64,000 bases of DNA from Candidatus Marinacidobacterales bacterium (lineage in GTDB: Bacteria; Acidobacteriota; Vicinamibacteria; Marinacidobacterales; DATDRI01): positions 4,544,001 through 4,608,000 of the forward strand of contig OZ245365.1 in assembly GCA_965226495.1 (NCBI GenBank), written 5' to 3'. Position 1 is the first letter of the stretch; every line of letters starts with the position of its first letter. Under the pieces are notes generated by a model. That model had not been told where the DNA came from, did not search any database, and was given only the letters and a program-made list of their open reading frames with translations. Position numbers and translations under genes: made by a program. Below, piece after piece: positions 59,525 through 64,000 of the stretch.

Positions 59525-60451
59525 ATGACGCTCGAAGACGAGTTCCGGAACTACACCAACAAGCAATCCTACGAAGCGGTATTCGCGCGGCGAATGATGC
59601 TGCGCGAACGCCCCGGCGGTACGCGGGTGCTGGGTAATTCACAGCGGGAAGACTTCCTTCCGTTCCTTCATGCGCTATTGAAGCAGGTGCCAACGGCTGC
59701 CCACATCCTAGACGTGGGCGGAGGTGCGGGAGACATTGTTGATTTGGCGCTGGAGCGCCTGGAGGGAGCAACAATCCACGTTGAGGAACCGAATGAGGCG
59801 TTGCTTGAAAGCTACCGACAACGCCTTTCGGCCCATGCTTCACTAAAGTGCGGGACTCTTCATCCGGTGCCCGTAGAACGATTGCAGCTACCACTGAGCA
59901 TCGGAGGTACTGAGACCCTCTGCGATGCGGTGCTGGCCATTCATATGCTCTATTTCGTGGACGATCTCGTGGATACGCTTCGAGCTTTGTACGGCTCTCT
60001 TCGACCGGGCGGTGTCTTGTTCGTTGTAATCGCAGACCAGTTGATTTCGACAACGGGCCGTGCCGGAAGGTTTCACTACGCCCGCGTCGGGGACGAGAGC
60101 CGCGTTCACAAGCTAGATCAGTGTTGGGCTCTTCGTGAGGAATTGCTTGGTCAAGCTGGTATCGCCTCTCTTCTAGACCCAGAGTCTCCACCCATGGTCG
60201 AGGTGCATCGAACCGAGAGTTGGTTGTTTGGCCGAGACTCCGATGACGTTGTCGCGATGTGTCTGTCGGGGGAACTTCTATCCGCGGACGATGAGATGTT
60301 CGATCTTCGCAAACTGGAAAGCTGTAGGGCTTTCCTTGACGAGCACGGGGACACGGTCCGGTTCGGGGTCGAGGATCGCCCCATCCCCCAAAAGGGCTGG
60401 CACAGAGCCGCACAGCCACAGATCGTGACCGTGATTCGCCGAGGCGCGTAG
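59525..60451 (+). CDS. Class I SAM-dependent methyltransferase
   Basis: ILDVGGGAG, VEEPN, DAVLAIHMLYF, LRPGG. Confidence 0.88.
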   Translation: MTLEDEFRNYTNKQSYEAVFARRMMLRERPGGTRVLGNSQREDFLPFLHALLKQVPTAAHILDVGGGAGDIVDLALERLEGATIHVEEPNEALLESYRQRLSAHASLKCGTLHPVPVERLQLPLSIGGTETLCDAVLAIHMLYFVDDLVDTLRALYGSLRPGGVLFVVIADQLISTTGRAGRFHYARVGDESRVHKLDQCWALREELLGQAGIASLLDPESPPMVEVHRTESWLFGRDSDDVVAMCLSGELLSADDEMFDLRKLESCRAFLDEHGDTVRFGVEDRPIPQKGWHRAAQPQIVTVIRRGA

Positions 60452-60463
60452 GAAAAGTTGCGT

Positions 60464-60571
60464 GCGGCCGAGGTTCGTGTCTCTGGCCCGGTAAACCTCA
60501 CCCATCCCACCCGCGCCGAGGGGCGAGAGGGTCTCGTAGGGACCTAGCTTACTTCCGGGGTTGAGTGACAT
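60464..60571 (-). pseudogene. STK 5' stub
   Basis: [36 protein letters not shown], nearly identical in DNA to the start of 29462-32146. Confidence 0.9.
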
Positions 60572-61153
60572 TACGTGAAACGCCGACGGTACTAGGCTCG
60601 CTCCGGCTCGCGCCGGGCCCGGCCCAAAGAAGCGCTCACCCGAAGGACCATCACGAGTCCCAGGAGCAATGCCGGGGGACCAAAGACCAGTGGGAAACTG
60701 ATGGCTTTGAGAAAGTAAACGGAGGCCAAGGCGACCCACAGCCAGTAGAGGCCTAGGCCGACGTAGCGGGAATGGGGTCGAAAGTGCTAACAGGATGAGA
60801 AACGAGTAAGCACCTAGTCCGGCCACGACGTCAAAGGCAGAGCTTCGTTCGATGAGGTTCACGCCATGGGTATGAATCCCGAGCCATCCAACCGCAAGCG
60901 CGTGGATGCCGAACGAGATGGCGAGAGTGACCAGAATGCCGTGGCGGTTTCTGGCTAGCCAGGATGCAGAGCTGAAAAAGGGAGTGGCAAAGGCCACCAA
61001 GAAGATAAGAAACGACGCTCTCGCTGTCCAGCGAACGAGCTCCCTCACCCCCGGTTCGCCGATACCTTGGAGCACAAGGACGAGGGTCGCCATCGCGACC
61101 AAAAACGGCGCAGCCCAACGAGTCACCTTAGACGGCGGTTCTCTCTGCGTCAT
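60572..61153 (-). CDS. Membrane protein resembling ferric-reductase-like TM domains (probably frameshifted near 60770)
   Basis: VRWTARASF...WLARNRHGILVTLAISFGIH; hydrophobic helices; the frame degrades after LALSTPF. Confidence 0.55.
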
Positions 61154-61174
61154 GGAAGGAAGTCATTCGTGCCG

Positions 61175-61206
61175 CCCTCACCCTACCCTCTCCCAAAGGG
61201 AGAGGG
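61175..61206. repeat. BoxC-like element, copy 4
   Basis: ccctcaccctaccctctcccaaagggagaggg. Confidence 0.75.
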
Positions 61207-61236
61207 AATAAAGGAAGGAAGCCATCTTCTGTTGTG

Positions 61237-61266
61237 GAAAATAGTCCTGCCCGGGCTGAAAGTCAA
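61237..61266 (-). promoter_or_regulatory. Repeated sigma70-like promoter module, copy 10
   Basis: gaaaatagtcctgcccgggctgaaagtcaa. Confidence 0.68.
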
Positions 61267-61355
61267 AGGATTGGGCCGGTGTTACAATCAAGGCCGCTTG
61301 CAGGTATCAGGCAAAAAAGGCGGAACTAATGATCCCATGGAGCTCAGAGGTAAGC

Positions 61356-61805
61356 ATGAAAAAGAAACGAAGCGTTCTGTTGGTTTTGTCCCTGTTTCTG
61401 CTGATTGGCTTTTTCGACCCTCTTCAGGCCACTACACGGGCCCAGGAATGGGAGGCTGAATCTTCAGTAGATAAAGATATAGACATGAAGGAATGGAATA
61501 ACCGGGTCCGTCGGGAGAAGTTTGACCTCCTTCTGCCTCAAATCATGAGGGAGCGCGACGTCGACAGATGGATCCATGTGATGAGACTAGCCATTCCCGA
61601 TAGATTTGGAGCAGAAGAACTGGGCAGTACTTCCGGCGTTTTCGTCTTCACCGACCACCGTGGCGGTGACAGGATCGAACGCGCGATTCTCGGACGTCGC
61701 TGGGGAGATAGACAGCGTGAACGGGGGGAGCGGGAGACCTTGGTTGAAGAGAGTGGCGCGTTCGACATCATTGGCGAGCCCGTTCGGGTGCAGGAACCGG
61801 CGTAG
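61356..61805 (+). pseudogene. N-terminal fragment of an M24/Xaa-Pro-peptidase-like protein
   Basis: Signal; RREKFDLLLPQIMRERDVDRWIHVMR...FVFTD.GGDRIERAILG; no catalytic domain. Confidence 0.7.
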
Positions 61806-62189
61806 ATCTGTGCTGGCACCGAAGAAATCGTAAGGATCGCCGTCGCTAGCGCGAATTCCCTCGTCGTGTCCGCCGAGCACGGCGCGCTCGATCCTATCGC
61901 CACCGCAATCGGTGAAGATGAAATAGGAGGTCGTGCCGCGCAGATCGAGCGGTGTCCCCCAGTCGAGCGCCAGAGGGTCCGGATTGCCATCGCGGATGAC
62001 ATGAATCCACATATCGACGCCGTTGTCGCGCATGGCGCCCGGCAATACGAGATCAAACTTCTCCCGTTGAATCAGCTCGAGCCGCTCGGCGCGAGCGCGG
62101 GCCTCCTGGGCCCCGGCGTCGACGCCCACTAGAGCGGTGGTGATGTAGGCGAGTGTGAGAATTATCTTGGTTGCGAGATTGAGTGACAT
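61795..62189 (-). pseudogene. Second, convergent N-terminal fragment of the same family
   Basis: QREKFDLVLPGAMRDNGVDMWIHVIR...FIFTDCGGDRIERAVLG...DLRRF; begins with kinase-like MSLN. Confidence 0.7.
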
Positions 62190-62207
62190 GACCTCCCCTC
62201 TGAGCAT

Positions 62208-62238
62208 GAAAATAGTCCTGCACCGGCTGAAAAGTCAA
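62208..62238 (-). promoter_or_regulatory. Repeated sigma70-like promoter module, copy 11
   Basis: gaaaatagtcctgcaccggctgaaaagtcaa, 18 bp upstream of ATG 62189. Confidence 0.7.
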
Positions 62239-62272
62239 AGGATCTGCGGCAACCCGAGAGGGTCCATGAGCG

Positions 62273-62325
62273 ACACTGTGCGGGAATTGTGCGGGACCGG
62301 TGACAACTCAAAGCTACTGAGAGCA
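62273..62325 (+). repeat. Partial island right-end module
   Basis: acactgtgcgggaattgtgcgggaccggtgacaactcaaagctactgagagca. Confidence 0.85.
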
Positions 62326-62356
62326 CGAAATGAATAGACGCTGCTAGAATCTAGCT

Positions 62357-64000
62357 ATGAAACGCTCATGCATCATCCTCTTATTTACAGTCGTCTTTCC
62401 TCGCGTGTCCCCGGCTCTCGCCGAAGAGGGCATGTGGCGGCTCGACCAGCTACCCACCGATCGGATCGCTTCCGAGTCCGGTGTACAAATCACCGCGGCC
62501 GACCTGACGCGCCTTCGGCACGCACCGGTGCGGATCCTGTCCGGCACGAGCGGCGGCACGGGAAGCTTCGCGTCACCGAACGGACTCATCCTGACCAACC
62601 ATCACGTCGCCCTCGACTGCATCCGCACTTCGACGTTGGCCGAGGACTCGGACAACTTCATCGAAAAAGGCTTTACCGCGCCTTCGATGGCGGAAGAGCT
62701 TCCTTGCCGTCGTTTTCTCGTTCAGATCGAGCGGGAGAGTCGGGACGTTACTGACGAGATGGACGCCGTGGTGACGCCGGAGATGGACGCGGTTGGGATC
62801 CAGTCCGCGCGGGAGCGCAAGCGCTCGGAGATCGAGCGGAGCTGCCAGCAGGAGAAAGGCGACAACTACACCTGCGACGTCGTCGACTTCAACAGCGGTG
62901 CCCGGAGCTTCCTCATCGTCTACGAACAGCTCAAGGACGTGCGGCTCGTGTACGCACCGGAGGTCCAGCTCGGCTACTTCGGTGGCGACGAGATGAACTT
63001 TCGTTTCCCCCGCTATGTCTCCGACATCTCGATTCTGCGCGCCTACGTCGCCGAGGACGGCGCCCACCGTGAGCACCATGAGGAGAACGTCCCCTTCCGA
63101 CCCGAGCACTATTTCCGCGTGAACTTCGATGGCATCGACGAAGACGACTTCACCTTTGTAGCGGGATTCCCCGGCGGCACGAACCGCTACCGCATGAGCC
63201 ACTCGGCCGACTACAACGTTAGGAAGGGCATCCCCAAAATCATCAACGACACCGAGACCGAGCTCGAGCTGCTTCGGGGCTATGCGGTGCGCGAGGCCGA
63301 GTACGACCTGCTTCTAAAGAACGACATCTTCGGCCTCGCCAACAGCCTGAAGTACAGACGCGACGTGCTCGAGGCGTTGAAAACGAACGATGTGGTCTCC
63401 CGGTTCCGCGAACGGGAACGGGAGTTCGAACGCTTTCTCGAAGGAAAGCCGGAGCTCGAGGCACGTTTCGGAGACGTCCTCGATGCCCAGGCGCGCGTTT
63501 ATGCGGAGGATGTCGAGGCGAACGCCGCTCTGGACACCGCGATCCAGTGGCTGCAGCGCTCGTCGGTGCTGGGCTACGCCTCCCGCCTTTATGAGTTCGC
63601 GCTTGCTCGCGCCGAGGCGTCCGACGTCGAGCGGGAGCCGCAATTCCAGGAACGCAACTGGCCACGGGTGCGGCAGATGCTCTCGAACGAGGAGCCGATT
63701 ATCTTGGATCTCGAAAAGGACTATCTCTCGAGAGGCTTCGAGCTGGCGCTCGCTCTCGAGCCGGAACAGCGCATCGGCGCCGTCCAGGCACTTCGACACC
63801 GCTTCGGCGACGACCCTCGGAAGCTAGCCGAGGCGGTCCTCGAAGGGACGAAGATTCCCGAAGTCGAAACCAGGGAGCGTCTCCTCGAGGGGACCGTAGA
63901 CGAGCTGACCGAATCGGACGACCCCGCTATGACCTTCGCCCGAGCGATGGAGCCGACGCTCCGGGACCGGAGGCAGCGCGTCCGCGTCCTCAACGAGAAG
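62357..64000 (+). CDS. S46-family dipeptidyl peptidase (DPP7/DPP11-like), runs off the window's right edge
   Basis: Manual translation: signal, AEEGMW, GGTGSFASPNGLILTNHHV, DVRLVYAP..LGYFGGDEMNFRFPR, GFPGGTNR. Confidence 0.92.
   Translation, partial: MKRSCIILLFTVVFPRVSPALAEEGMWRLDQLPTDRIASESGVQITAADLTRLRHAPVRILSGTSGGTGSFASPNGLILTNHHVALDCIRTSTLAEDSDNFIEKGFTAPSMAEELPCRRFLVQIERESRDVTDEMDAVVTPEMDAVGIQSARERKRSEIERSCQQEKGDNYTCDVVDFNSGARSFLIVYEQLKDVRLVYAPEVQLGYFGGDEMNFRFPRYVSDISILRAYVAEDGAHREHHEENVPFRPEHYFRVNFDGIDEDDFTFVAGFPGGTNRYRMSHSADYNVRKGIPKIINDTETELELLRGYAVREAEYDLLLKNDIFGLANSLKYRRDVLEALKTNDVVSRFREREREFERFLEGKPELEARFGDVLDAQARVYAEDVEANAALDTAIQWLQRSSVLGYASRLYEFALARAEASDVEREPQFQERNWPRVRQMLSNEEPIILDLEKDYLSRGFELALALEPEQRIGAVQALRHRFGDDPRKLAEAVLEGTKIPEVETRERLLEGTVDELTESDDPAMTFARAMEPTLRDRRQRVRVLNEK

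Overview
High-GC bacterial DNA whose gene content suggests Acidobacteriota (Vicinamibacteria-like; inference). It has three zones. (1) 1-16.9 kb is an accessory cluster of Hanks-type Ser/Thr kinases (STKs), a kinase-coupled ECF sigma factor, an HNH element and tandem hydrolases. (2) 16.9-27.5 kb is a core block (degenerate cheB, aminotransferase, coaD, rsmD, recG, TPR protein, GGDEF-PilZ) ending in an initiator tRNA-Met. (3) 27.5-64 kb is a tandem island array anchored on that tRNA. It carries five further copies of the tRNA 3' end, four of them starting exactly at the anticodon loop, plus repeated arm-like end sequences, three IS elements and cargo genes, but no recognisable integrase. The main unexplained structure is a 30-31 bp sigma70-like promoter (minus strand TTGACT-N17/18-TATTTT) present 11 times in one orientation. 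It is built into the island right ends and fires inward onto an STK gene, an STK 5' stub, or an unrelated gene at the kinase position. Together with mosaic kinases, this looks like a promoter-carrying cassette or gene-capture system that diversifies signalling kinases (hypothesis). Many single-base frameshifts lie in homopolymers and may be sequencing errors.
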